DNA of 64,000 nt from Thermoproteota archaeon (lineage in GTDB: Archaea; Korarchaeota; Korarchaeia; Korarchaeales; Korarchaeaceae): positions 29,672 to 93,671 of the forward strand of contig JAOZFI010000017.1 in assembly GCA_027491395.1 (NCBI GenBank). The letters are read 5' to 3'. Below are positions 37,375 through 47,683 of the stretch, one piece after another. Numbering within the stretch: the first letter of the stretch is position 1; each line of letters begins with the position of its first letter. The notes beneath the pieces are model-generated. The model saw only the letters and a list, made by a program, of their open reading frames with translations. It ran no database searches and was not told where the DNA came from. The translations under genes and the position numbers were made by a program.

Positions 37375-39680
37375 CCATCACCCAATTGAGTTGCAACCTG
37401 GCCCAAGGCGATTCCACCATCGCCTGGAGGTACCTTAGAGTTCAGAACGAGTTGGACGTCCTCCCTACTAAGTGCATCTTCCATACCCTTGATCAGTAAG
37501 GTGTTGACAGCCGCCCCTCCGGATACCATCACCATCCCGGAATCCGTCCTATTCAGAGCTCTAAGGGCAACCTCACCCAAGGCCTTTCCAAGCAGGTAAA
37601 TTGATGTGTACGCCAGATCCCTCCTGCTTCCATCCTCGTTGTAGAGGATCCGCTTCAGGAGCTCGCTGGTGTCCACTACACCTCCCTCCACGGGAATATC
37701 CAAGTCCTGAACGAGAGATCCCTTTTCAGCGAAGGCCTCGAGTTTCATTGCTGGCTCTCCCTCATAAGTCCTCTCGAAGCAAACTCCAAGCAGAGCCGAC
37801 ACGGAATCCAAGACCCTCCCGACGCTTGATATTAGAGGAGCCCTAGAACACTGCCTCAGAGCCAGTTCTCCCTCCACCTCTCCACCAGGAAGCTTATCCA
37901 TCAAGTGTCTTTCTCTCAGGACCTCCCGTATCTCTGACTCAGAGAGGAACGTGCTCAACATTCCTATCAGCATCCTGACCGGGTACTTGGAAGCCCTGTC
38001 TCCTCCGGGCATGGGCTGGGGTCTGAGATGTCCGATCCTCCTATATCCTTCATAACTCGCAACGAGAACCTCTCCTCCCCAAAGCGTACCGTCATCTCCG
38101 TAACCTAGCCCATCGATCGCTATCCCTACGACCTCCTCTCCGGGTCTGACCCTCATCTCGGACATCACAGAGGTTATATGAGCATGGTGGTGCTGTACAA
38201 GCTTGAGTTCGGATCCGTGGAGATCAGCCCATCTCTCAGCCAACTTTCTCGTGGTGTAGCTGGGGTGCATGTCCGCTACCAGTATCGCCTCCTCCGGGTC
38301 TATCCCGTAAATTCCCGTGAAGAACCTGAGCATCCTCTCGAGAAACTCTAGGTTCTCCAATTCATCCGTATCTCCTATGTACTGGGTGAGCACGACTTTA
38401 TCGGAGAATCCCACGGCGCCGCTGGTCTGCAATTCAGCACCGAACGCTATGACAGGCCGTTCCAGCTGAGAGGGAAGCCTTATCCAGGCGGGAGCGTATC
38501 CCCTTCCCCTCCTCAGCATGGTTACCCTTCCGGCCGTGAACCTGACGACGCTATCGTCCACCCTGTTAACTATGCGCCTGTCGTGATGCAGGAAGTAATC
38601 AGCAATGCCCCTCAACCGCTTCCTAGCGCATTCGATTGTGGTGCACATCGGTTTATTGTGCTCGTTTCCGCTCGTCATAATCAAGATCTTGTCTCTCGTA
38701 TTATTGAGCAGCATATGGTGTAAAGGTGTGTAGGGAAGCATCACACCTACAGTTCCCAGTCCGGGAGCCACCTGTCCTGAGATGAGACTCCCTTTTTTCT
38801 TGGGAACAAGTAAGATTGGCCTCTCTGGGCTTGTAAGGATGATCTCAGCGATCCGATCTAGGTAGAAGTGTGAGCGAGCGACATTCAAGTCTAGAGCCAT
38901 GAGGGCGAAGGGCTTCTCCCTCCGCCTCTTCCTCCTCCTGAGTTCCGAAACGGTATCGTCGTCCGTGGCTAGGCAAGCGATGTGATAGCCCCCCAACCCC
39001 TTTATCGCAACTATCCCTCCCTCGTCTATGATCCTTGCGACCTCCTCTATGGGATCCTCCACATCTATCCTTCTCCCATCAGCGTCCTCAAGCCAGAGGC
39101 TTGGACCGCATCGCGGGCACGAGATTCCCTGAGCGTGGAACCTTCTCGGGTTGGAAGGATCCTCGTACTCTCCCCTACAATCATTGCATAGCGGGAAATC
39201 GACCATTGCAGTGTTCTGTCTATCGTAGGGTACGTCCATCATCATGGAGAACCTAGGGCCGCACCAGGCGCAGCTGTTGAAGGCGTACCTGTAGTGCCTA
39301 TCCGTTGGATCATATACTTCCTCAAGGCAATGGTCACAAACAGCTATGTCTGGAGGGATCATCGAGTAAACATGCTTCTCCTCACCACTCGGAAGTATGC
39401 GGAAATCCGAGTAGCCAGCGGGAGGGACCGCTCTGAACTCTAACTCCTCTATCTTGGCGGGAGGCGGTTTCTCAACGAATATAAGCTTGAGAAAGTCAGC
39501 AATGCTCTCATAGCTACCCTCAATGAAAATCTCCACCTCGCTCCCACCCATGTTCCTTATATGGCCCTTCAATCCTGTTCTCGTAGCGATCCTGTATATG
39601 AAAGGCCTGAAACCGACTCCTTGTACTATGCCACTCACTCTGAGCATCGCAGCAGTCCGTGAACCCCTCGAATGCACCAA
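37371..39680 (-). CDS. hypF: Carbamoyltransferase HypF
   Basis: GIVQGVGFRPF, zinc fingers CxxC, CGPR, KGLGGYH, HHHAH, DGLGYG, PPGDGGIALGQ. Confidence 0.97.
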   Translation of the reverse strand: MVHSRGSRTAAMLRVSGIVQGVGFRPFIYRIATRTGLKGHIRNMGGSEVEIFIEGSYESIADFLKLIFVEKPPPAKIEELEFRAVPPAGYSDFRILPSGEEKHVYSMIPPDIAVCDHCLEEVYDPTDRHYRYAFNSCAWCGPRFSMMMDVPYDRQNTAMVDFPLCNDCRGEYEDPSNPRRFHAQGISCPRCGPSLWLEDADGRRIDVEDPIEEVARIIDEGGIVAIKGLGGYHIACLATDDDTVSELRRRKRRREKPFALMALDLNVARSHFYLDRIAEIILTSPERPILLVPKKKGSLISGQVAPGLGTVGVMLPYTPLHHMLLNNTRDKILIMTSGNEHNKPMCTTIECARKRLRGIADYFLHHDRRIVNRVDDSVVRFTAGRVTMLRRGRGYAPAWIRLPSQLERPVIAFGAELQTSGAVGFSDKVVLTQYIGDTDELENLEFLERMLRFFTGIYGIDPEEAILVADMHPSYTTRKLAERWADLHGSELKLVQHHHAHITSVMSEMRVRPGEEVVGIAIDGLGYGDDGTLWGGEVLVASYEGYRRIGHLRPQPMPGGDRASKYPVRMLIGMLSTFLSESEIREVLRERHLMDKLPGGEVEGELALRQCSRAPLISSVGRVLDSVSALLGVCFERTYEGEPAMKLEAFAEKGSLVQDLDIPVEGGVVDTSELLKRILYNEDGSRRDLAYTSIYLLGKALGEVALRALNRTDSGMVMVSGGAAVNTLLIKGMEDALSREDVQLVLNSKVPPGDGGIALGQVATQLGDG

Positions 39681-39699
39681 GAAAGTAACCCCAGTGGAA

Positions 39700-40019
39700 C
39701 CTAATAAGCGGGACGACGGCTTCCTAGCAGGACTATTTTTACAAATATTTGAATTAATAACGGTGAATTACCTTAGTTAATCTTGAAATATGTTGCCGTT
39801 ATACATTATATTAAATTTTTTGATTTTTTTAATCTTTTAATTTGAACTCCACGTTAAGCATCAAAATAAGTGAATAAAACGTCCTATTCTCCTAATTCGC
39901 CTTTTTTATCTTAAAATACAATCATATTTCCAGACTTATGGCTGAACATTTAACAAAATTTATAGGTATACCAGTTCACTACTACAGTGGCGCACATGTA
40001 CATGTGAGGTGTTTTTGGG
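39700..40019. promoter_or_regulatory. AT-rich divergent promoter region between hypF and the hydrogenase operon
   Basis: ~320 nt strongly AT-rich; TTTATA at ~39959; GAGGTG RBS before 40020. Confidence 0.6.
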
Positions 40020-41279
40020 ATGAAGCGTCGAGAGGGAGGTTCACTAGCTTCTATCTCCCTTACTAGAAGGGACTTTCTGAAACTCTCTGCAGCCGCTTCA
40101 CTACTTTTAGCAGACTTTCAGAAACTCCAAAAGGCAGCTGCTGAGACGCTTAAACAGGGATCCGTTAATCTTATCTGGTTTGAGTCCCAGGACTGCGCTG
40201 GTAACACGATCTCGATGATTGAGGGTAGCGCTCCCGATCTGATACAAGTGCTGGTCGGGGAGAACCCGGCGATAGGACCCGGGAAGGTCAGAGTAGTGTT
40301 CCATGAGACCATAATGCCCGAGTGGGGTGAAGCAGCTATAGAATATCTCCACAAGGCAGAAGCCGGGGAGCTCGATCCCTACGTGCTCGTCTTGGAGGGT
40401 TCCTTCCCGGATGAGGACGCCGCCGCTAAGACGGGTGGCTGGTGGTTCGTTCTTGGGGAGGAGGACGGGAGACCCATCACGGGGAATGAATGGGTCAGAC
40501 GCCTCCTCAAGAGGGCTGTGGCCGTGGTCGCAGTAGGCAATTGCGCGTGTTACGGCGGCATCGTCGCCAGTCAGGTGCTGGATAGCACCAGCTATTCCGC
40601 CGATGGGTGGAGCCCCACGGGAGCTTTCGGTTTCTTTGATGATCCACTTAAAGGAATAAAGGGCGCTGTGAGCAGGTGGCCAGAAGCTAGGCCATTCTTA
40701 AACTTCATAGAGGGAAAGGGCAAGCTTGAGGTATCTCCTACCGGGGAGGCGAGACCTGCCGTTGCCATCCCCGGATGCCCAGCTAATGGCAACGCGATAC
40801 TCAGGGTGCTGGGACACTTGATCCTCGCGGTTGACGGCCTGCTCCCCTTGCCAGAGCTGGACGAGTACTGGAGGCCCGTTTACATATTTGGGAGGACCAC
40901 GCACGAGCAATGTCCTAGGGCAGGCTTCTATGCTGCCGGAGACTTCAGGGAGAACCCTGGAGACAACGATTTCAAGTGTCTCTTCCAAGTGGGATGCAAG
41001 GGACCGGTGAGCAACTGCCCGTGGAACAGAGTTGGATGGATAGACGGGATCGGTGGCCCTACCAGAACGGGAGGCGTCTGCATTGGATGTACCATGCCAG
41101 GGTTCCCAGACAGGTTCGAACCCTTCTACAAACCTCTGCAGGCTCCCTCCATGCCTGACACAGTAACTCTGACCGGCATAACCGCTGGAGCTGCTGCGGT
41201 GGGGCTGGCTGCTGGCTACATAATGAGCGAACCGGCTAGGAAGGGTGGAAAGGGGGAGAAAGAGGGGGGAGGTGGTTAG
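40020..41279 (+). CDS. hynS: Group 1 [NiFe] hydrogenase small subunit (Tat signal, C-terminal TM anchor)
   Basis: TRRDFLK; QDCAGN, GNCACYGG, PGCP, HEQC, CLFQVGCKG, NC..GGP..CIGC; C-terminal hydrophobic helix. Confidence 0.93.
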   Translation: MKRREGGSLASISLTRRDFLKLSAAASLLLADFQKLQKAAAETLKQGSVNLIWFESQDCAGNTISMIEGSAPDLIQVLVGENPAIGPGKVRVVFHETIMPEWGEAAIEYLHKAEAGELDPYVLVLEGSFPDEDAAAKTGGWWFVLGEEDGRPITGNEWVRRLLKRAVAVVAVGNCACYGGIVASQVLDSTSYSADGWSPTGAFGFFDDPLKGIKGAVSRWPEARPFLNFIEGKGKLEVSPTGEARPAVAIPGCPANGNAILRVLGHLILAVDGLLPLPELDEYWRPVYIFGRTTHEQCPRAGFYAAGDFRENPGDNDFKCLFQVGCKGPVSNCPWNRVGWIDGIGGPTRTGGVCIGCTMPGFPDRFEPFYKPLQAPSMPDTVTLTGITAGAAAVGLAAGYIMSEPARKGGKGEKEGGGG

Positions 41280-43049
41280 ATGGGGGAGAGGACCATATTC
41301 ATAGACCCCATAACTAGGATTGAGGGTCATCTGGGTTTGAATGCTGTGGTCGATACAGCCACCAAGGTGGTGAAGGAAGCTTGGGCCTTTTCCGCGATGT
41401 TCAGGGGGTTCGAGGTCTTCCTCAGGGGCAGGGAGCCGCCAGATGCGGTTCACCTGACCAGCAGGATATGCGGGGTCTGCGCGGCTTCTCACGCCAACGC
41501 GTCGGTGAGGGCCAACGACATGGCGCTTGGGGCTGTGCCCAAGCCCTTCGGCGTGGTGATCAGGAACCTCGCTTGGGCTGCCACAGACCACATGTACGAC
41601 CACCCGACTCACCTGAACATACTGGCTGGTCCCGACTACAGCGGGATGGTAGTTTCCAAGTTGACGCCCTCCGTTTACGAGGAGGCCAAGGCCACGAAGG
41701 CCGAGAACTCCGACATACACGGTTTCTCCACTATTGCTGACCTGCTGGATGGCCTGAATCCCCTCCAAGGGAAGATCTACATCCTTGCTTTGAAGATGCA
41801 GAGGATAGCCAGGCAAGCTGGAGTCCTATTTTATGGCACCCACCCGCACCCGAGAACCCTCATTCCTGGAGGCATAGGGGCCACTGTAACTACTGAGAAC
41901 CTGATCGAGTACTCTTACCGCCTTACCAAGCTCACAGCGTGGGTCAAGATGGTCGTTGCGGTCTGGGAGGATATAGCGAACTTCTACAACTCCATAGGGT
42001 ACGAGAAGCAGGGAATGACCTATGATAAGCCCAACCTCCTCAGCGTCGGAATATTCGAGGATCCAGAGATCTACTCGTCACTTGGAGAGAGCCCGGACGA
42101 GATATACGCTAATATAGATGAGGCCGGAAGGAAGAGGTTCATAAAACCGGGTCTCATACTGGACGGAGAGCTAGTCACGGACAAGCTGACCGACATGAAC
42201 TTGGGCACGATCGAGCTGGTTGATAGGGGCTTCTACAAGGACTGGGACACGACCTTCGTGGACAAGGATCCGATGGGCAATCCAGTCGTCTGGGGCAACG
42301 CCGAACTGGCGAAGTACCACCCGTGGAACAAGACCACCATCCCCAACCCGAAGGCTCAGGACTGGCAGTCCAAGTACACTTGGACCGGGACGGTCAGGTT
42401 CGTCTGGAGGGGGAATATCTACCCGATAGAGGTCGGTCCCATTGCTAGGATGTGGGCTCACGCCCTCCACAACGGCGGGAAGGTCAAGATAGAACTCCCA
42501 CGCACGAACGGCGTTCTCGAGCTGCCCTCGGGCACTTGGGATGCTATCACCTTTGAGTGGGACCTTCCGAAGGTCGGTGCCTCCACGACCATAGAGAGGA
42601 TGAGGGCGAGGGCCTACAACGTCGCCCTCGATGTGGCAGCAGCATGGCACAACCTCTTGATGGGCTTAGAGCTAGCTAAGGCCGGTAAGACAGAGACGTC
42701 AAGGCCTTGGAAGAAGCCCTCGTTCTCCGTGGCCTTCGGATTCGACGAGGCACCGAGGGGAAGCGTGAGGCACTGGATGGTCGTGGAGAGCTATAGGATA
42801 AAGAACTACCAGATACACGCTCCCACGACGGCGAACCTATCACCCAAGGGCAGGTGGGGCAAGACCGGACCCTACGAGGAGTCGGTGATAGGTACCGCAA
42901 TAACTGAGGAAGTACCCGAGGACCAGTGGACCGGATTAGACTTGGTCAGGGCCATAAGGAGCTTCGACCCGTGCATAGCGTGCTCAGTGCATGTATTCGT
43001 TGGAAACAGGAGAATAGAGAAGCTCATCACCCCCGTGTGCAGTGTATGA
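41280..43049 (+). CDS. hynL: Group 1 [NiFe] hydrogenase large subunit
   Basis: DPITRIEGH, L1 SRICGVCAASH, EAPRG, L2 SFDPCIACSVH plus cleavable C-terminal extension. Confidence 0.96.
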   Translation: MGERTIFIDPITRIEGHLGLNAVVDTATKVVKEAWAFSAMFRGFEVFLRGREPPDAVHLTSRICGVCAASHANASVRANDMALGAVPKPFGVVIRNLAWAATDHMYDHPTHLNILAGPDYSGMVVSKLTPSVYEEAKATKAENSDIHGFSTIADLLDGLNPLQGKIYILALKMQRIARQAGVLFYGTHPHPRTLIPGGIGATVTTENLIEYSYRLTKLTAWVKMVVAVWEDIANFYNSIGYEKQGMTYDKPNLLSVGIFEDPEIYSSLGESPDEIYANIDEAGRKRFIKPGLILDGELVTDKLTDMNLGTIELVDRGFYKDWDTTFVDKDPMGNPVVWGNAELAKYHPWNKTTIPNPKAQDWQSKYTWTGTVRFVWRGNIYPIEVGPIARMWAHALHNGGKVKIELPRTNGVLELPSGTWDAITFEWDLPKVGASTTIERMRARAYNVALDVAAAWHNLLMGLELAKAGKTETSRPWKKPSFSVAFGFDEAPRGSVRHWMVVESYRIKNYQIHAPTTANLSPKGRWGKTGPYEESVIGTAITEEVPEDQWTGLDLVRAIRSFDPCIACSVHVFVGNRRIEKLITPVCSV

Positions 43050-43060
43050 GGGGGGTAGGA

Positions 43061-43849
43061 ATGGGACTCTATGAGTTCGCGGTCTACGATATGTTCGTGC
43101 CGACCGTAGCTATCTTCGCGTTCGGCATGGTCTACAGACTATCTAGGTACGTGTTCCTATACAAGAGGGCAGCTCAGCCGATGTGGAGGAAGACATCCGT
43201 ACCTCACAAGATCTATCTGCTCATAGACGCCTTCGTACACGCGATAGTGGCCGCAATAAAGAGATCTAAGGTGACCTTCGTCTCTGGAATCTTCCTCTTA
43301 CACTTCTTTGGAGTCATTCCAATCCTCTTCCTGCTCTCCCACCATATCGTCTGGTGGTCCTACTACTTCCCGCCGTACAGCATCCTGAGTCCCCTCGCGA
43401 TACCCACGAGCGCAACCTCCTCGGCCCTGACGCTCACTGCTCCATTCGCGCCTGTGACGGGGATGTCCCATGGCTTCGTCAACACCATTTGGGGCCCGTT
43501 GACTGTGGTACTCAACGGGGACGTCTTGGCGATCTTGGCAATTATAGGGACGACCTTCAAGCTGTTGGAGAAGATACCCGAGAAGTTCAAGGAGAAGCTC
43601 GCTAGGGTGAGGCTGGGGGACTTCGTCGCCCTCCTGCTCCTGCTTGCCATATTGATAAGTGGGTACATGGCGACCCATCACCTCCCCTCTGGCGATATAG
43701 AGACCTACAAGTTCATGCTGGGCCTGCACATCCTCACCGCCGAGATCCTCGTGTTACTACTGCCATTCACAAAGTTCTTCCACTTCGTGTTCAGCTTCTG
43801 GTACGGGAAGCTCCACGAGGCCTATGATCTGTGGAGGAGAGGGTTATGA
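43061..43849 (+). CDS. Isp1/DsrM/NarI-like membrane cytochrome b
   Basis: Multi-TM; LH, SHH, LHIL.AE..PFTKFFH; start set at ATG 43061. Confidence 0.82.
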   Translation: MGLYEFAVYDMFVPTVAIFAFGMVYRLSRYVFLYKRAAQPMWRKTSVPHKIYLLIDAFVHAIVAAIKRSKVTFVSGIFLLHFFGVIPILFLLSHHIVWWSYYFPPYSILSPLAIPTSATSSALTLTAPFAPVTGMSHGFVNTIWGPLTVVLNGDVLAILAIIGTTFKLLEKIPEKFKEKLARVRLGDFVALLLLLAILISGYMATHHLPSGDIETYKFMLGLHILTAEILVLLLPFTKFFHFVFSFWYGKLHEAYDLWRRGL

Positions 43850-45186
43850 TAGAGGGAATTGAGAAGGCCATTGATACTGTGCTCTCCGATCTGGACTCGG
43901 TCACGTTACACTTCTTGGAGTCATGTGTCTCCTGCGGCATCTGCGCACCGTTCTGTCCCTACACGATAGCTGGCCCGATTTATGAGCCAGCGGACAAGGC
44001 GGAGGAGATGAGGTATATATACAGGAAGAAGATGACGATAGCTGGCAAGGTCCTAGGTCCTCTAGTGGGGGCTAAGTACCCCAAAGACGAGAAGGACTTG
44101 GATAGAATGATTAACATGGCCTACAGGTGCGTCAACTGTAGGTACTGCTACCAGACCTGCGCCTTCGGGATATACAGCGGCAAACTGGTCATAATGCTGA
44201 GGAGGATCCTTGACAAGGTGGGCAGGACCCCCTCAACCCTCAAGTACCTCCAGTCCATCGAGCTCTCTGATAGCGTACTGATCAATGATAAGGTCAGAGA
44301 GAAGTGGGATGGAATATTGAAGGAGGCTAAGGAGGCGATAGGAAAGGATCTGCCCCTCGATAAGCAGGGGGCTGAGATAGTCTATCTCCCGTGGCTCGTG
44401 GAGGCTTTACTCACCCCTGAAGTGATAGTTTCCACGATAAAAATCTTGGACATGGTCGGCGAGAACTGGACCATGCCCTCCGAGCCCCTCGGATTCGAAC
44501 CCCCGATGGGCGTGATCGTAGGGGACAGGGAGTCCGAGAGGAAGGTTTTCAGGAGGATCAACTCCTACATAGCTAAGGTGGGTGGGAAGAAGGCGCTCAT
44601 ATCACATGGTGGGACGCCGTACATGGAAATGAGGTTTGAAATGCCCTTCGTGATGAATGAGAAGCCTTCTTACGATGTGATCCATGTGACCGAGTACCTA
44701 TCCGACCTGTACGAGAAGGGGAAGATCAGGATAAGAAGGGAGGAGAACGGAAAGGTGACGTGGCACGATCCTTGCAAGCTGGCTAGGGGAAGTGGTGTGG
44801 TAGAGCAGCCTAGGATATTGATCAAGGCGTCCACCTCGAACTACGAGGACCTGCCCCGTGGCACGGGAATGTACTCACACTGCTGTGGAGGCGGCACGGG
44901 CATCGCCCTCATAACTTGCGATGGTAGGAAGCTGGTGGAAGAGTTCACAGGGGAGAAGATAAAACCGGCTGAATGGGAGGAGAGATTCTGTCCTCCACTT
45001 GAGGAGGACTACAAGAAGGCCATAAAGCAGAAGGTAGACGAGATCTCCGAGATAAACGCCAACATCGTGGTTACCGGGTGCTCGACCTGCATATACAACA
45101 TAAACAAGGGAGCGACCCTTTACGACAGGGACTTCCAGGCCGTTCACATCGTTCAGTACCTCCTAGATAAAATCGAGGTGACCTGA
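43846..45186 (+). CDS. Isp2/HdrD/DsrK-like Fe-S protein with CCG domain
   Basis: CVSCGICAPFCP, CVNCRYCYQTC, WHDPCKLARG, HCCGGG, GCSTC; ATGA coupling. Confidence 0.87.
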   Translation: MIEGIEKAIDTVLSDLDSVTLHFLESCVSCGICAPFCPYTIAGPIYEPADKAEEMRYIYRKKMTIAGKVLGPLVGAKYPKDEKDLDRMINMAYRCVNCRYCYQTCAFGIYSGKLVIMLRRILDKVGRTPSTLKYLQSIELSDSVLINDKVREKWDGILKEAKEAIGKDLPLDKQGAEIVYLPWLVEALLTPEVIVSTIKILDMVGENWTMPSEPLGFEPPMGVIVGDRESERKVFRRINSYIAKVGGKKALISHGGTPYMEMRFEMPFVMNEKPSYDVIHVTEYLSDLYEKGKIRIRREENGKVTWHDPCKLARGSGVVEQPRILIKASTSNYEDLPRGTGMYSHCCGGGTGIALITCDGRKLVEEFTGEKIKPAEWEERFCPPLEEDYKKAIKQKVDEISEINANIVVTGCSTCIYNINKGATLYDRDFQAVHIVQYLLDKIEVT

Positions 45187-45204
45187 CCCCCTTCCCCATT
45201 TTTA

Positions 45205-45936
45205 GTGATCTGTATGGATCTGAAGGGCTTGGCAAGGTTCTTGGGAGGTCTGGTAGGTCAAGTGAACGAGCTGGAAGAATCGGTGAAGCAGGCCCTCATG
45301 AGGAGGCTGGAGGTTGATAAGCTCCTCCTCTACAACATGCCAGATGCCGAGAGAGAGGACGTCAACGAATTGGAGGAGGAGGTCAAGAGGGCTTTAGGTG
45401 GAGATTCGCTGGAAGAAGCTATAAGAAATGCCTTTAGTGCGGAGAAGAGGCGCAGGATCAGAATGGGCGGGAGGAGGTTAGCGGTCATTTTCTCGGGTAA
45501 CGAATTTGAGGGCGACAGGTCGATACCCCTGAAGATAATGGAGAGGCTGGAGGTGAGGGGAAATGCCAAGAAATTCGACGCGAGCTCCTATCCTTTAGCC
45601 ACTATCCAAGAGGTCGTGGAGTTCGATCCTGACGTGGTGGTGATAGTCTCGGTCGAGCGCGGCGAGGGGATGTCGCTCGTGATGGAGCGCATGGAATTGG
45701 AGGTCCCAACAGATCGCTTAAAAGCTAGTGATATGATTGCCCCTCCCCTGTTGGGAGTCAACGATCCCGAGTCCCTCGCCTCCGCTCTCATCGCTATGAT
45801 GGGATCTAGGGAGATCTGGAAGGTCGTGTGCTTATCACCTCACGTGGAGGGTGATGGTGTCTCAGAGGTGAGCAGGAAGTGCTCGGAGGATCTGCAGAGG
45901 AGTCTGGAGAAGCTAATAAGGGAGCTAGGATTCTAA
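45205..45936 (+). CDS. Hypothetical protein: helical N-terminal repeat plus degenerate hydrogenase-protease-like domain
   Basis: VNELEESVKQAL/VNELEEEVKRAL repeat; LAVIFSGNEFEGD..PDVVVIVS. Confidence 0.6.
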   Translation: MICMDLKGLARFLGGLVGQVNELEESVKQALMRRLEVDKLLLYNMPDAEREDVNELEEEVKRALGGDSLEEAIRNAFSAEKRRRIRMGGRRLAVIFSGNEFEGDRSIPLKIMERLEVRGNAKKFDASSYPLATIQEVVEFDPDVVVIVSVERGEGMSLVMERMELEVPTDRLKASDMIAPPLLGVNDPESLASALIAMMGSREIWKVVCLSPHVEGDGVSEVSRKCSEDLQRSLEKLIRELGF

Positions 45937-46469
45937 TCTTGGGAATAGGGAACAGGCTCCTCACCGATGAAGGCGTGGGATCCTGCTTCGCCGAGGCTCT
46001 ATCTACCTTCGATCTCCCCAAGTGGATAGAGGTGGTCGACGGGGGCTTGGGGGGGCTAAATTTGATAGACTACATGGAGGGGAAGGAGATCCTCTTCTTA
46101 GTAGATGCCCTCGACCCACGAGATGGAGAACCGGGTGAGGTGAGGCTCTTCAAAGTGAATCCCAAGGCAGTCGAGCCGACTGAAGCGGTTAGAATGCTGG
46201 TTGAGGCTGGGAGCCACGGAGTAGTTCCGGAGCTGCTCGTGGCAGCTGCAGATGCCATGGGCTACCTTCCCGAGGAGTCGTATGTGCTCGGAATAGTACC
46301 CTGCCTCATCGATCTGGGGGAGGGGATAACCGTACCAGCGGCCCGAGGTTGTTTAAAAGCCCTCCACATACTCAGGGAAACGCTCCTCGGTAGGGATTTC
46401 CATCTCCCGGTTGACGATCACCGTTTTAAGGAAAGGTTAAGGGAGATATGTCCTGAGATCAACTGTTGA
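45879..46469 (+). CDS. Hydrogenase maturation endopeptidase (HyaD/HupD family)
   Basis: ILGIGNRLLTDEGVG, VDGG, VDA, PGEV, GSH, LGIVP; start uncertain. Confidence 0.9.
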   Translation: MLGGSAEESGEANKGARILILGIGNRLLTDEGVGSCFAEALSTFDLPKWIEVVDGGLGGLNLIDYMEGKEILFLVDALDPRDGEPGEVRLFKVNPKAVEPTEAVRMLVEAGSHGVVPELLVAAADAMGYLPEESYVLGIVPCLIDLGEGITVPAARGCLKALHILRETLLGRDFHLPVDDHRFKERLREICPEINC

Positions 46470-46478
46470 GGTGATCGC

Positions 46479-46910
46479 ATGCACGAGTGGTCGCTGGCGG
46501 ATGCCGTCGTCAGATCGCTCTTGGGATTTATGGCCTCGGAGGGACTGAGCTCGATTAAGGAGGTAGAGGTCACTTGGGGGGAGATATTGGAGCTCGATAC
46601 CGGTATATTCGAGCAGGCCTTCTACGAGTTATCCAAGGGGACTCCGCTGGAGGGAGCGAAACTGATTCTCATGGAGGAAAAGGCGTACTTCAGGTGCAAC
46701 TCCTGCGGTGCGGAGTGGGACTTCAAGACCGCTGACGAAATACTCTCGAGGGAGTTCGAGATATTGGAGGAACCGGCAGGTGTGAAGGAAAGCCCGCTTC
46801 ACTTTCTTCCGGATCTGGCTAGGGCTCTTCTAAAGTGCCCCAAGTGCAGCAGCAGGGATTTCGACCTGATCAGCGGCAAGGACCTTAGGGTGTCCAAGGT
46901 GGTGGCATGA
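46479..46910 (+). CDS. hypA: Nickel metallochaperone HypA
   Basis: MHEWSLA, CNSC, CPKC. Confidence 0.95.
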   Translation: MHEWSLADAVVRSLLGFMASEGLSSIKEVEVTWGEILELDTGIFEQAFYELSKGTPLEGAKLILMEEKAYFRCNSCGAEWDFKTADEILSREFEILEEPAGVKESPLHFLPDLARALLKCPKCSSRDFDLISGKDLRVSKVVA

Positions 46911-47683
46911 TGCGGATCCCCGATGTACTACAGGACGAGGCCCTTAGGAGGGTCTCAAGGGCGAAGAGGCTTCTCATGGTGGCCTCAGGAAAAGGAGGCG
47001 TTGGTAAGAGCCTTATATCCATGGCACTCGCCTCCACTCTGTCGGAGATGGGGACGAAGGTGGGCCTGCTGGATTTGGACGTGCACGGGCCCTCGATTCC
47101 CCAAATATTCCGATCCGAGCTCCTCATTAAGGCGACGAGGCATGGGCTCGAGCCCCTGAGGATAGATGGACTCGAGCTCATGTCACTGGGCTACATAGTT
47201 GGGGACTCTCCCGTCCCGCTCAGGGGCGAGGACAAGATGTCTCTCCTGAAGATGATGATAGCCCTGACCAATTGGAGCCCCCTGGACTATTTAGTGGTCG
47301 ATCTACCTCCGGGAACCGGGGATGAAATGACACTGGCGATCAGAGCCCTCAAGAAGCATCCTAGGTCTGGCACGGTCCTCATCACGCTTCCCTCGAGGCT
47401 CTCGCTCTCCGTCGTCAAACGGGCTCTGGACCTGCTGAGGGACGAGGGCGTGAGGGTCTTGGGGATAATAGAAAATATGGCCTACATCAGATGCGGTGAG
47501 GACGTTGTGAGGCCCTTCGGTTCCTTAGACTACTCCTCACTCGGTACTGAGGTGTTGGGAAGTCTCCCCTTGGATCCAGCTGTTGAGGAAGCGCTTGCCT
47601 CAGGAAGACCACTGCACAAGGCCTCTAGGGAGGTAATGGAGTCCATCTCGGCTATAGCCTCGAAGATAGAGGTGATGATGTGA
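46907..47683 (+). CDS. Mrp/NBP35-family ATPase (probable HypB substitute)
   Basis: ASGKGGVGKS, DLDVHGPS, DLPPGTGD, GIIENM. Confidence 0.9.
   Translation: MMRIPDVLQDEALRRVSRAKRLLMVASGKGGVGKSLISMALASTLSEMGTKVGLLDLDVHGPSIPQIFRSELLIKATRHGLEPLRIDGLELMSLGYIVGDSPVPLRGEDKMSLLKMMIALTNWSPLDYLVVDLPPGTGDEMTLAIRALKKHPRSGTVLITLPSRLSLSVVKRALDLLRDEGVRVLGIIENMAYIRCGEDVVRPFGSLDYSSLGTEVLGSLPLDPAVEEALASGRPLHKASREVMESISAIASKIEVMM

Noticed and set aside
40698-41816. 372-aa antisense ORF
   Set aside because: Shadow of hynS/hynL with no recognisable motifs
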